From: Hydrolagus colliei
Lineage: Eukaryota
DNA: 64,000 nt
Direction: 5' to 3'
Assembly (NCBI GenBank): GCA_035084275.1
Contig: JAYJKW010000106.1
Location: 806,001-870,000, forward strand
How positions within the stretch are numbered: the first letter of the stretch is position 1; the number at the start of each line of letters is the position of its first letter. Position numbers and translations under genes: made by a program. The notes under the pieces were generated by a model. The model was not told the origin of the DNA. It did not search any database and saw nothing but the letters and a program-made list of their open reading frames with translations. Of this stretch, positions 50,831 to 64,000 are shown one piece after another.

Positions 50831-50939
50831 TCTCATGAAAGACACCAAACATAAGAGACACAAGTTTCGTCAGTGATGATGTGTATTGAGTATTCACTGC
50901 ATGTTTTTGCATCACGCAGACCTGGGACGTAAGTAATTC

Positions 50940-51130
50940 GTCCCAAATAAGCACAATAATAATGTATTGTCATCTCAATCGACGACTGTTGGTGGGGACA
51001 TTGCAATGCGCAATTGGCTGCCGCATTTTGCCCGCAACAATCCAGTCAATTCACTTTACATTGTATTTTGGGAAAGCGCTTTGAGACGTCGATAAGATGT
51101 GAGAAGCGCTATATCAAATGCAATGTATAT
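50940..51130 (+). mobile_element. SINE 3' half
   Basis: tgcgcaattggctgccgc core and aagcgctatatcaaatgcaa tail. Confidence 0.75.
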
Positions 51131-53099
51131 TGTTATTTGATTATCAATTTGCTGGCACATTTCAAGCTCTCCCGTAAAAAGTTTTTCCGCCTCGGAATGC
51201 AGGATATCTATCAGATAACTGATGAGGCAAGGGTAAAATCAGCATCTGGCGAGGAAAGCGTGAAATCAGTTGATGGAAAGTATAACCAGAAATTATATTT
51301 TTCTCATACACATTACTTATCCATTTCGTGATATCCATCTGGAATCGGAATGTATTTGCTATTGAAGATTCACACAGGAAACGCGTGGGAAAGCTACTGA
51401 ATTTCTAAGTTGCCTATATGACGATGGCCTGCAATTCTCCAAATAAAATTAATCAGTCACTCGATTGCAGTATTTGGGAAAGCATAGTGTATAAAATACG
51501 GCCGATTACCAGCCGATTCGGGCAGCAGTGTCCCCCGTGTATAAAATACGGCGAAACACTTTATCAAAAAAAAACATTTGGTATCGACCGCAAGCAGTAA
51601 TGCTGCCTATTGTGTTGGCATCAACTCTCGAAGCTGGCGATCACATCAAACTCACGCCCAACTCCAGTATTGTAAATCATTCAAACTCAAACTTTCATAT
51701 ACTGTCTGCGCTTCTTGAAACCGACAATGGATTTTGCCTCTAACACCATTCAGCATGAAGCCATTATTTCACACAAAATACAATCTCTACACTTTACACA
51801 GAAACCTGTGAAGCATTCGTGCCGTGTTGTCCATGGGAGAGGCGCTGTACCACATGTAACATTTGCTATCGTTCAGTTCAAGATAGCACACTAAAAATAT
51901 CTTCCCAAATGTAGTGCAAAAGATCCCACGTTATAGACAGAATTTCCCATCGCTCGCATCCAATCACAGAACTAAAGGAGATTCCTCAGCCAATGAAAGT
52001 GCTATGAAAGGTGAAACACCCAACTACATCACTGAGAAATGGCATTGGTGCAATAATTTTAAAGCGACGAGTTTTTGGAACGAATCAGTGCTGGAGGCCG
52101 AAGGAATGGTAAATTTGAGTAAAAAGGGGAATATCTCAATATAATCATTTTAAAAAAAAGTGAGGGAAGGGAAAGGAATTTCTGAATCAAATTTAAGAAG
52201 AGGAGTGGGGAGCAGAAAGCAAGAACAGTAAAATTATTTTGACAGCGAGTTTCACACCTGGAAGTCCTGATGTGAAGCCGATTGAGGCTAGTGTGTGTGG
52301 TTGCAGTAGGCAGGTCGAGGCGGATAATTTGTCCGGGTTTGGCGAATGCTGCAGCCTGCTGAGAAAAGTTTTTGAACGAATTAGAAGTCATAGACTTGCA
52401 TGAGACCATGGAGGGACTTGGAGCTGAGGGCCCAGATATTAACCTCTACAGGACAATATGCTAGAGGAGTTGAATGAGAAGCTCCCGATAGGACTGGAGC
52501 TTGGTGTGGCTGAGTACATGAACAACCAAGATCTAGCTGGTCTACAGCTTGTGCTGGTTTGACTAGTCCAGGAATATCTAAACTAATTCCTTGTTCGTCA
52601 GTTTCCTCACCATTTGTCTGCACGTGTTTGGGGTTATTGTGGAGTTGGTCACACGTGTGCTCTGCGTCACAAAGGTTCAGTGCCGATCACCCTCAGCGTT
52701 GTTACAGGAAGGAAGTGGATTTGCACTGGGCCGTTCATGTAGGATAGCGTCCCGGAGCAATTCACACTGATGGAGCCTCTCCCCGACCCTGGGGGAGAGG
52801 GAGCTGGGAGACGATTCTAAAAGTATGCGTTATTGTGAAGCGCTTTGAGACGACGTCCGGGGTGGTGGGCGCTATGTAGCTCGCAGTTGTTATTGTGTCG
52901 ATCAAATTGGGATGTGCTTAGACGGTACTGGAATGTGTGGAGGAAGGGGAAAAGTCGATGGTGATTGACGGAGAGAGCAAGAGAATATTCGTTCGTAAAT
53001 GGCTGAAAGCTTAGCTGCTGGTGTAGGAGTTGTGTGTGCGTTGGACAAACAAGTGGCTGGAGCTGCGTGATTGGAGGATTGGCAGGAATTACAGTTCAT

Positions 53100-56000
53100 G
53101 TAGTATATATGGATATTCTAAATATATTTGATGAGTTGACTTGTTAGTAAAATTAAAGCCCACAGTATTAAAGTGGCTGTAACGACAGGCAGATATAGAA
53201 AATTAGAGAGGAGACCGAAAACATAGGCAAGTCTGTGAATTATTGATTTTCTGATTCGATTGAAGTGCGCATTATTATCCCATTAAAAAAAACAGTCTAT
53301 ACCAATCTTTCATTCTCTCCAATCCTTAGTAGCACACACTGCATTTCTATCCAAGCAAGGATCAAACCGTTCCTGAATATATGTATGCGAATTTATGCAG
53401 GAAAGTGGAACAAGTTTCACTGAGTGCAGTAAGCAGATTTTATTCGCAAAATGTAGTGGGTACACGAAAAATATTTTACAAAATACATTATATATTTCTC
53501 AATAGTAAAAGTTTCGTCAAATGGGAAATCTTCTTGCAGAGACGCAGCATGGATGCAGCATTGAATGAATATATTACACCTCTCTGCAAAAAAGGAGGAC
53601 GAAGCGAATAACAAAGTATTCGAGGAGAATATAGAACAGTTGAATAGGATTTTAAAAAATGGAACATGGAGAAAGTACTAACATGATTGATGTTGCTGAA
53701 ACTAGATAATTCACCCTTTCCATACTGAATGCATGCTGTGGTACTGATGGAAGTACGGGTCAAAATAGTGGAGGCTATGGCCACAATCTTTCAATGTTCT
53801 TTAGATACCGGAATTTTGCCAGAAGACTGAACGGTTTCATGTTTTTCTGTTAATACTAATAGTAGTAGAATTATATCTCGGGATCGAAGGGCCTGTTAGC
53901 CTAACGTCATCTGTAGGAAAATTTAAATGATGATAAGCCAGGACAATGGAACTTTTTACAAAGAAAATTATGGGTTTGTAGAACGACCCTCCAACATGTA
54001 TTCGATATACTCAATTCATATCTAACAAACCTGATATTTTAGTTACCAGAGGTATACAGCACAGAAGGTACTTATTCTGCCCATCGTGTCTTCTCCAGAT
54101 CTTCAAACACATGTGGCAAAATCAACCACAAACCCCGCTCCCTAACTGTAGCACTCCAAAATCTGTCTAACCCAAACCACTAGCCTGTTATTGTAGCTCA
54201 GTTGGTTTGTAAGCGAGAGACCTTTGTTTGGTTCCAGGACAAGTGGCACCTTGGCCATGATTCCATACTCCACACGTCTGATAATAATCCCATGAAAAAA
54301 AGAAAATGGTCACTTCAATCCACGATTGTTTTTCGGGTGACTGCTGTGTGTAATTTGATCCGCAATTTAGCCAAAAATTGTTCTGTCACTTCACGTTACA
54401 GTGTATTCTAAGGAATGCTTTTATACTTCTAGGAGATGTGAAAGCTCTGTATCAAATGGAAGAGTTTGTATTCTTATCATTTCTTTCCTATTTTTTTTTC
54501 CGAATCGGCTTCTACCACATTTTCCCGAAACGCAATCCAGATCAGTACAACTCGAAGTGTGAAAAAACTATTCCCCTCCTTCCCAATTCAGATTAACAGC
54601 TATTTGATTTCATTGTAATCGGGCAACCGACCACTCTCCAGTGGAAACCATTTCTCTGTGTTCAGCCTATCAGTCTCCATTTACCAATCCCTACGTCAAG
54701 GAGTATAATCCTAGATTATTTAATCTCTCTTCATAACTGAAGTCCTTAATTCATGGTACGAATCTGGTAAATCTGTTCTGTATCCTCTCCAATGCCTTGA
54801 CGTTCTTACTAAAGTGATTGGCCCAAAACTGAAGCCATATGACGTCTATCCAGTGTTTCAAAATGTTTCATCATTGTATCCTGACATTTTGATTTGATGC
54901 CGCTGATTATAAAGAATAGTATCCCGCTTGTTTTGTTTCAGTTTTATCTACCTTTCTTGACATCTTTATAAGTTTGTTTATATGGACTCCAGGCCTCGAT
55001 TTTAATTCACCCACGGTAGGTTTCTACCATATAGCTGAAATTTACTCTCCGCGTTCTTCCTTGCAAAATACATCACTTCCATTTATACAAATTATAGTTC
55101 ATCTGTTAGGTGTCATGCCACAATCGGTCTGTATCCTAATATAGTCGGCAACTATCCATGCTGCCACTGTCCATTTAATATTCCGACATTCTGTTTGGCT
55201 TAAAAGTCCCTTATGTGGAATTTTATCAAATACTATTTGAAAATCCATATACTGTTACAATAACATCACTACCATCATCCGCCCTCTCAGAATTCATCAC
55301 AAATATCCATCAGTTTTGTTAAACGTAAGGCTGCTTCGAGAACTCCATTTTGGCTGTCCTACATTCACCACAAAGGAACTGCATGAAATATTTTATTCTG
55401 GATTATAGTTCAAAGATGTTTCACTACTTATGTTAGCAAGACCTTTCCATAGTTCCTGGTAGTATCCTTCTGCTTCTTTCTTTGCCACCTATGAACAAGA
55501 TCCCCCAATCATGAAAAACAACATTTGTTTGCCAATGTCTGTTACCTGTCCCCCAGGCAGTTCACTATTTAAGCTACCACTGCAATAAAAAGATTAGAGA
55601 GCACTTTTCACTACGGGTGGATCTCCCAATGCGCAATAAAGTCAGGGGTCGGGACTCGATCATGATGGAGATGCAGGGTTGGGGGGGAAATGAGAGGGAG
55701 AGGTGAGAGTGTGTCAGAAGGCACGGAACGTAGTGTCTTTTGACCGGCCTTACATGAAGCAAGTGGGTGAGCGAGACGAAGAGACTGTGGGATGGAGTTC
55801 CAGAGTGTGGGGCCAGAGAGGCTGACAATTCGGCCACCGGAAGGCAGAGTAGATAGAGCAATCCGGCGCCTTTTTAACAGTGTGCTGTTTACAAGTCTCT
55901 TATGTGGAACTTTATGAAACGTATTTTGGAAAACCACATCAGTTACATAACTTCACCACATTGATCCACCCTTTGTGGAGCTTCATCATAAAATCTCCAG

Positions 56001-58150
56001 CACGTTTGTCAGAAACGAGTTTTCTTGAATAAATCTCAGTTTGCTGTCCTAGATAAACTACTTGTTGTCTGAGTGAAACAAAATTTTCTTCTCAGACTGT
56101 AGATTGTAAAAAAAAATTTCTAACCAATGACATTAGGCTGACCGACTTGAGTTCACGGGTTTATCCCTCGACCCTTTACTATACAGGTGAGTAGCATTTG
56201 CAATGCTCCAATCCTCTGGCACCGCCCTGATCTCAAAGACGATTGGCACATTGTGGTCAACGGTTTAGTTATTTCCACCCTTGCGTCACCTCAGTAACCT
56301 GTTGTGTATCCACTCTGGACTGGGTTAACTCTGCCTTTCATCCACATTGTAATTAGCTAAAGGTGAAGGACAATGGTCGTAGTGCATTTGTTGTAGGATA
56401 TATCGATTAGACAATGCTTCTCGGTGAAGTGCTGCAGAATAGCCGTGTTAGGAAAATTTAATCCCATGTTATCAAAACAACAGTGGCAGTAATGGATACA
56501 AAACTATCTGGGAAACAGCAAGTGGAGAGGCGGGGTTAACGGTTGTAATTCTGAATGAAGGGATGTGTCCAGTGGTGCCAAACTTGTAGGTGTTTCGACA
56601 TCCAAAATTTTTAATAGATACGAATGAGGCGAGATATGAAGGAGGTCAGAGAGGGTGAGAGGGTGGGGGGGGGGGGGGGGAGGGGGGGGGGGAGGGGGGG
56701 GTAGTTATAAGGATGACCTAAATATAGAGGGAAAAAAACTCTTACTTACAGATGATCCATTGTTAGGAAATACAGAAAACGGTGACCAGACTGCAATGGG
56801 GCTGAGGCAGATTGGTGACGTGGGGAGAAGTTTATTGTAGATTAATTATGTTGTTGAGAGATGTTTATATGGTGGGATGAAAAATGATGAGAGTCAGTAC
56901 TAGATCGATGACACAATGGAAAAGGCGGTGCAGGTTCAACAAATATTTGTAAATGGCGGTACAGGATGTTAAAATAAAATTACACAGCATGCTCTACTTT
57001 AGAATTGGTGGCATATATTATTGATGTGATAATGTTATTATTGCTTATAGAAGTAATAGTGTTACTTCTATAGATAATAATGGTAGTGACAAAATGTCGA
57101 TGTCAGCGAAACTGAGTATTTGCTAAAAAAAAACCTCTCAGCAGTTATAGAGACTTGAATTATCTAAACGCATTGCACACTTTAAACATTGCGTGAATTT
57201 TTGTAGCTCAGTGGTCAGAACGGTCACATTAAAAGGGAGAGCTAAGTGTTCATTTCAAGGTAGGGGCGAAACTTTTGATATGTTTCCTCAGTCCACAAGA
57301 CTGATAAGAATCCATCAAGGTAACAATGATAAATGTATCATTTAAATCCACGGCTGTTTACCGTAGATTGTTGTGCGCTGCTGGCTACCACGATTCGCCC
57401 ACAAATACATACTCATTTCAGTTAGTAGTATATTCTGTGGAGAGTATTGAAGCGTCTCTTAGTCGCGAAAAGTGCATTGCCAAATACAACAATGATCATT
57501 TGTTATTATTATGTCTTTATATTTGGATGAACCTTTTAAAACGGCAGTGATTCCACAATTAGAGAGCTGTCTTCAGTTCTGATTCCCACGCTGTAGGGAG
57601 GATGCCACAGCCTTAGACAGTGTGTAAACTGGATTAAAAGGATAGTTTCAGGAAACCAGATCTTAAGTATCATACTGACAAATGGGGTCTAAGATAACGA
57701 GAATCCCAAATATGTATGTCTATTCCTACATTGTTTAAACAAAATGTAGAATTTGTATTATAAATGCTGCCACAATTTTCTATCGTCACCAGCAATCTAG
57801 CGATACACTCGGTACCAATGCTGTTATGTTCTTGTACAAAATCAACAAGTCTAATCTTCCGCAATTCTTATTTCCCTGTGTTATTCATACTTCTTTAAAA
57901 ATTGATTATTTTATAACCTAGGGCTGAACTGCGTTGAAGTTATGCAATCTGATATATGCCCGTATCTACTATTGTGTTTCATTATTGAGAAGCTTACACA
58001 TGTCTCCTTTCCTGCTTTTAATTCTATGAAACTGCCTATAACTTAGTATAGTTCCATCTACATTACTAATTTGCAACTTGCTTAATCGTTGTCAATATTT
58101 ATGCAATTTCTGTGTACTTTTGCACTGTACCTACAGCACATGTTTTTTCA
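53100..58150. mobile_element. nest of old CR1 fragments (both strands), SINEs (~54190-54470, ~57200-57500) and an L2 end (~55600-55850)
   Basis: Degenerate CR1 motifs (FQNTFHKVPHKRLV; gataccggaattttgccagaagactg; agtggtgcc) and SINE A boxes near 54192 and 57202. Confidence 0.65.
56655..56702 (+). repeat. poly-G tract (G-quadruplex-capable)
   Basis: Long G runs separated by single A or T. Confidence 0.85.
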
Positions 58151-58546
58151 ACTTCAATCACCTGCTCATCTATCAAATCAATATATGTTCTATACAGGTA
58201 GTCTAATTCTAGGCTATTTGATCAATGCATTTCTATTCAATATATTTTCTGGGATTACGTTTACAAATCACATACAGTGATTAAATATTAACATTTTTAG
58301 ATTATAACCTGTCTTATTTTGTTATGTCAGGAAAGTAATCTTCAAGATCACGGAGAAGAATCCAGTTGAGAAGCTGTCTCCCGGTCATATTTACTACGTA
58401 TCTCTCATCTTCTGTTCACTTAATTACTATTACGTAAGAACCATTGTTGTATTTCCAGGGAACATTCTTAAATTATTTGCTCATACAAGTGTAACTAAGG
58501 TGAATGATCTCAACAGCTGCTGGTATCGTAGCAGGCTTTTCTGTAC

Positions 58547-58554
58547 CATAAATA
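58547..58554 (+). promoter_or_regulatory. TATA-like box of GPCR gene 4
   Basis: CATAAATA about 70 nt upstream of the ATG at 58619. Confidence 0.45.
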
Positions 58555-58618
58555 GGGCTGACTTTGTCAACATCACTTCAGAGGAGAAAACTTAGTGGGT
58601 GTCATCAGCACAACGAAA

Positions 58619-60901
58619 ATGACACATCCTTTGATTAGAATATTGGAACAGATAGAACTGATATACTATCCAACTATTGCAGCTATTGGTGTTCTTGGTA
58701 AGTCCGCATAGCCTGATAGTTCACGTAAGTCAACGCTTCAATACATGACTGCCTTTGATATATATCTTATATTTGCACTCTCCTCATGGTTTTTATGCGA
58801 TCTTGTTTTGTATATATTGGTTACTTAGATAGTCTCATAGATGGCTACACAGAGTCGAGTGCGCTCAATGAAAACATTACATTATTTGGTATGCCAAACT
58901 CGCAAAAAAAGTGTTTTTTTCAATTAATTGATTCCTTAGTATCACAGAAAAAACAGCATTAGATGATACAAGAGCATCGAAGAGAGTTTATGCAACAAGA
59001 ACAACAGCTTGCAGTTACACTGCCCATCTGACGCGGAGCATCTCAGAGCACTTAAGATCACCAGCTCCAATGTTTTTTAATAACTGTTCAAAATGTTACA
59101 CAAAACAGTCTTGGAATATGTAAATATGATGTACTTCTCACGAGTAACATTTATGCTTTATCTCCACCTAGCTTTATTTGTGCGTTAATGCTAAATTCTC
59201 TTACTCTGCATAAGTGGTTCACTTTTTATTAAAAAAACTATTAAATGTATGATTGTTATCGGCAATATTTGCAATAAATATCCCAAATAGATAATAACAA
59301 ACATGAGATTTCATGTTTTGCTTTAACATATTCTAGTCTACTCAAAGTATTTCACAGAATATATTTTAAATGGGGTTGGCTGTATACTAGTAGTTGGAAC
59401 ACGGGAGCAGTTGTTGAATGAGTGGCAATTTTTTATTCTATCATTATTTATTTAGATATACTCCTTGAAGCACTTTAACTTGTCAAGGTTTGGATCAATT
59501 TATTCTAAATTGTGAAGCTATGTTTCCGTAAAATTCTCTGACAAAACTGCAAACCTGACATCGAAATTATAATTGATTTGAACAACTTCGAGGCACATGG
59601 ATGCGCCAGACGTCCTACTTAGGGTAAATCCAGCTCCCAAATCTCCATTCACTAAACGTCTCATTGACTAATGTGCGTTCAAATTATTCAAACAATACGA
59701 GACACCAACGTACATGTTTCAAAAGAAAATCTAGTAACTATGTAACAAAAAGTGAACTGCAGAAGGTGGATTCACGTTTGCTTCACCAAGTGAGATCTAA
59801 CCAATCCCTCCTTACTCCCTGATGCCAATAGGATTAGTTTCCGAATGCTCAAATACCTTCGGAATCTCCTGCGTTACCTGGCACCTGGTTGTGGTGTTCT
59901 GACACCGACAAATTCTCCAGTGCGTTACCCTGGGCGAGGGAGGCGATTAAACTGCAGTTGTTGATTTTGTAAGATACTCGAATATTTCTTGTGTTTTGTT
60001 TGCAGTTAACCTGGTGACGATTGTGATCCTCTGGCGAGGAAAGTGCGGACTCTCCACGTGCATCACTCGCTACCTGGTGGGCATGGCGGGGGCAGATCTG
60101 ACGGTGGTGATATTTGATGTGATACTGAACCGCGTAGGTGATCAGTATCTCCCAATATTCAATGTTCTTCTTCTCACCCCGATCTGCCTTCTCCACGAGT
60201 TGCTGCTGAATGTGACCTCAGCGTGTTCTGTCTGGTTCACAGTGGCTTTCACCTTTGACCGACATGTCGCCATTTGTCACCACAAATTGAAATCAACATA
60301 TTGCACCCAGAGATCGGCGGCTGTGGTTCTGGGAACCATCTCTGTGCTGATTTGTGCAATATACAGTCCTCTGTGCCTGGAGTTTGAACCGCTCTTCATC
60401 ATTAACAACAAACCTTGGCTTTGTGTCGTTAAAATAAGTTATTATTTTTCAATGAAATGGACAATATTTAAGATATTTCTATATTTATTAACGCCAAGCC
60501 TCCCATTTGTCATCGTTTTGCTGCTCAATGCTCTGACAGTCAGACACATTGTGGTCAGCAGTCGGGCCCGCAGAAGACTCCGAGCCCATAGCCCTGGGCA
60601 GAATCACATTGATCCAGAGATGGAGAGTCGGAGAAAATCCATTGTTTTACTATTTGTTGTATCTGGGAGTTTTGTACTATTGTGGGTGACATACGTAGCC
60701 ACAAATCTTAATGATATAATTATGTATGTTTTAGATATAGACAAGAGACGCGGCGAACTTATACATGTGGGAGATATATTTCGACTTTTCAGTTGTTCCA
60801 CAAATACGTGTGTTTATGCTTTGACACAATCTAAATTCAGAGAACAGTTGAAAAATATGGTGACTTACCCGTTTCGTAAAATTGTTAAGTTAGTTTGGTG
60901 A
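58619..60901 (+). CDS. GPR139/GPR142-like class A GPCR, gene 4 (2 exons, 324 aa)
   Basis: Exon 1 58619-58697 (MTHPLIRILEQIELIYYPTIAAIGVL+G) with donor GTAAGT. Exon 2 60006-60901 follows tttgcAG (VNLVTIVILWRG...). FDRH and NTCVY motifs. Confidence 0.92.
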
Positions 60902-60949
60902 AAGAACAATCAAGGTCTTCTACTCATCAATTACTTGATTTAACCATCT

Positions 60950-61400
60950 TTAGTCCCGCAGTATCCGAAACTGAACACAGTAATCTGGATACGGTCTTGT
61001 AAAGGCGTTGCTTAGTCGAAGGGTAATTTTCTCTAATTCATTTGCCTCACTCCTTACCACAAATGTAAACATCTAATTTTCTTTGCTGATAACGGTTCGC
61101 TACTGTGATCTGTCTTCAGTGATTAGTTCACCTGAACACCAACATCTTGTTTTGTCCTCCTTCATACTTTTTTTCTCCACGTTCAGAAGGTATTTTATTC
61201 TTTCATTTCTATTGCTCTAGTGAATGACTTCATGCTTTGAATTCATTCCATCACGGTTTCCTTCCTTCACTTCATTTATCTACTTCCGGATCAATCTTCC
61301 TGCTCCCCTCTAATCAATGCACTGCGCCTCCAAATTCTGTGCCATTAGACGGATTGGATATCAAACTCTCTGTTCCTTCACAAACGTCATTTAAATATAG
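60950..61400 (-). mobile_element. old CR1 fragment
   Basis: gaaactgaacacagtaatc resembles the reverse complement of the EYCVQFW-coding segment of the CR1 at 26140-27056. Confidence 0.5.
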
Positions 61401-62329
61401 TTGGTAAATAGATGAGGTATCAGAACTGGCCACCACTGCAAGGCTACTTTCGATGCTATGTGGTTTTGTTTTTTGCCAATAACACAATATTGGGTATATC
61501 GTTTGATTAGAACTTTACTTTTCACATTGTAGTCACTCGAGATAGCCACAACAACATTAGTGCAATAATGCAGAATGTTTTGGGTATACCTGATAATATT
61601 TGTTCTGTTATTATCTGATCTGTAGCTATAACTGTACTTTATTATTGCCAAATAATAAATATTATTCACGAGAAACTACTTGCATTTATGTATCAATTGA
61701 CGTGTTTGCCATTGACACGCTGTGATATCCTGAGCGCTTCTCATTGGTGTTGTATGATCTCCATCCAGCAAACGTTGACTATCAGCACAATCAAACTCTC
61801 CGAACTTCTCGCCCACCAGTGCAGCACCTGGCGCCTCTGCTCGACTCGCATCGGTCTCCTGCTGATCCCGCGCAGCTAAAGACCCACTGCTAGAGCTCAT
61901 TTCTAGGAATTATGTGCAATATTATATCGTTATCACGTTTTAGCAGACACTCAGCAAATAATCCATTCAACTGGTATCCATAAATGTCTTGAATCGCATT
62001 TAGTATTTCGCATAACATTAATTAAAATGAAATGCCAATCTGTAAAACGCTCCTTGTATTCACCGATAAATTATAGTGTAATAATTGCTTATTAGTATTT
62101 GCTAAATTTGGCTGCGGGCGTTTCGCCCACAAGCATACAGTCAATTTTCCTACTTTCCTTCATTTTAGTCCGACACCGCCCCCCCCCCCACATCCCCTGT
62201 TCTAGTTCCGACATGACTGTTCAGATCGGTGAGACGTCCGACGTGAAAGGCTCTATATAAATCTAATTATTAATTGATATTTGAATATAACAGCTTATCA
62301 CGTTTTGGGAATTTCTAAAGGATTTGCAT

Positions 62330-62900
62330 AGAATATTCAATGAACCAAGTTATCTATATACTGGTCGAGGGAAACGCAACAGTTACTTATTTATCGCAGA
62401 TTTCCACAAACAGTCGTAGATTGAGGGAAATAATTAGGATCGTTTGTAGTGGAATGAGATACTTTCCTGAATTGTTTGCCTCCAGTATTGACGAAATCAG
62501 TTTGTTGTACACTGTGGTGTGTAATTCACTGCTGCATCTCAACCACAAAATGTACCGCCAAATCACGTTGCAGCATTTTCTATCAAGCGCATCGAGACGT
62601 CTCATCAAAATGGTAAGCCACTAGACAATATAGAAGCATTATTAATATAATGCAACACCGTCAGCATCTATAGTGATGAGCACAATGTACTTCTGTAGTT
62701 ACCAGAACGTGTGAGACTACGGTTAGATCTCCGAAGTATATATTTCATTTTGAAGGGAAAACTACTCAACAAAATTTGTTTAAAATCCATCTCGTTTTCT
62801 GCTTTCCTTCAGTCCTCTGCAACTGAGCCTGTGTATGTTAAGCTATTGATTTCGTGGCGCTGCGGTAGCGCGTCTCTCTCCAGATCAGATGGTTACATAT
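62330..62900 (-). mobile_element. old RTE-clade LINE remnant
   Basis: Minus-strand RRLDALDRKC...IWRY resembles RTE RRLDAFDRKCLRRI. Confidence 0.45.
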
Positions 62901-63560
62901 TCAAATCACATTGAGGTCAATGCGTTGGTGTTCATTCACGAGAGCTATCAAGTCCATTCTTATTTCATTGTTCTAAGATTTTAATAATGAATCGCAGCAT
63001 CATACCACAGCTGTGTTTAAACAATTTGAATTGCAACAGTGTAAATATAAGGACACTCATACATTTTTTAAAATAGAAAAGAGAGCTCAACTTCATTCAG
63101 AGCTATCAGTTTATTTTCTATAATCGTGTTCATCTTTTATTTTGATATGGTGTTTCCTCTTATGAGAATTATAGAATGAAAACGGCTCAGGAGTCGTTTC
63201 GCCTGAATGTTGAGCAAAAAGCTTAGCACCAAGCAGACATGCTGGGGAGAGTGAGTGGGTGGGAATGATAGAGGGTAGGAAAGATAGGTATGGATCGACA
63301 GGGAGCGGGCAAAAGAGAGGGCGAGAGAGCGGGTCTGGCGGGGGTGGATGTGGGGTGCCAGGTACCACAAAATAATTGTTAATTACAATATTATTAAGGC
63401 AAGCTTTCAGTCAGGTACACTTCACATTAGAACATTTGAATGTCTCGTCTGATTCACCAAATTCATTTTGGTAATAAAATGTTTCCACAATCCGTGGTTA
63501 GTACCAATGTGCGACATTACGACACCTAGTGACACAATCATGATTACAGTGTGCAGTATT

Positions 63561-63643
63561 CGTTGTCAGTAGGATTCGAACCTGCGCGAGAAGTTTCCCA
63601 ATGGATTTCTAGTCCATCACCTTAACCATTCGGCCACGGCTAC
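63561..63643 (-). tRNA. tRNA-Ser(AGA)-derived, probable pseudogene
   Basis: GTAGCCGTGGCCGAATGGTTAAGGTGATGGACTAGAAATCCATTGGGAAACTTCTCGCGCAGGTTCGAATCCTACTGACAACG. The anticodon arm and A/B boxes are intact, but the acceptor stem has two mismatches and the T stem has one. Confidence 0.85.
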
Positions 63644-64000
63644 CGACAAACCAGCATAGAAATGGTTTAGACAATCTCTTGTCTGCACGTGATTACTTTA
63701 TACAGTTTTCCCTAATTCTGCTTGCCCTTCGATTTCATTTGATTCCATATATTTCACATAACGTGCTATCACATCATAGAGATGACATGAAGACCTTCAT
63801 TAGATGTTTTTTGCTGACAGATTTGACAGATTTCAACCTGTGCATGAAAACTGCACCAGGTTATCCTACACATCCAAAGCTACAACTTTAATCTCCACTT
63901 TAACCCAGGAAATTTGGCAGCAACAAAAGGTGAACGTCACTTGAAACATAGGTCCACCAGGCGGTAATTTTTCGATTATCTGTTTCAAGCGTAGCAGTTC

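Overview
Eukaryotic, repeat-rich vertebrate DNA. The repeat families (CR1, L2, RTE, Penelope, Deu-type SINEs) and the gene family point to a cartilaginous fish; this is an inference. The window holds four intact two-exon class A GPCR genes of the GPR139/GPR142-like type. I located their short first coding exons by eye (phase-1 intron in TM1; GC-AG intron in two of them). Two decayed remnants of a further paralog are also present. Two of the receptors lie on the arms of a ~19.4 kb palindrome (arms ~5.2-13.5 kb and 15.8-24.6 kb, 2.25 kb spacer). Arm identity is highest at the centre, and the receptor differences concentrate on the predicted ligand-facing side. A C2H2 zinc-finger gene at 30.7-35.9 kb looks like a PRDM9 derivative: an SSXRD-like exon is spliced straight to a homogenised 84-bp finger array, with no PR/SET exons. 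Its promoter is built from seven tandem PBX/PKNOX + RFX X-box + GC-box modules. The window also contains three tRNA pseudogenes, two solo LTRs, a MITE and many LINE/SINE fragments. All identities were judged by eye, no database searches were run, and TE boundaries are approximate.
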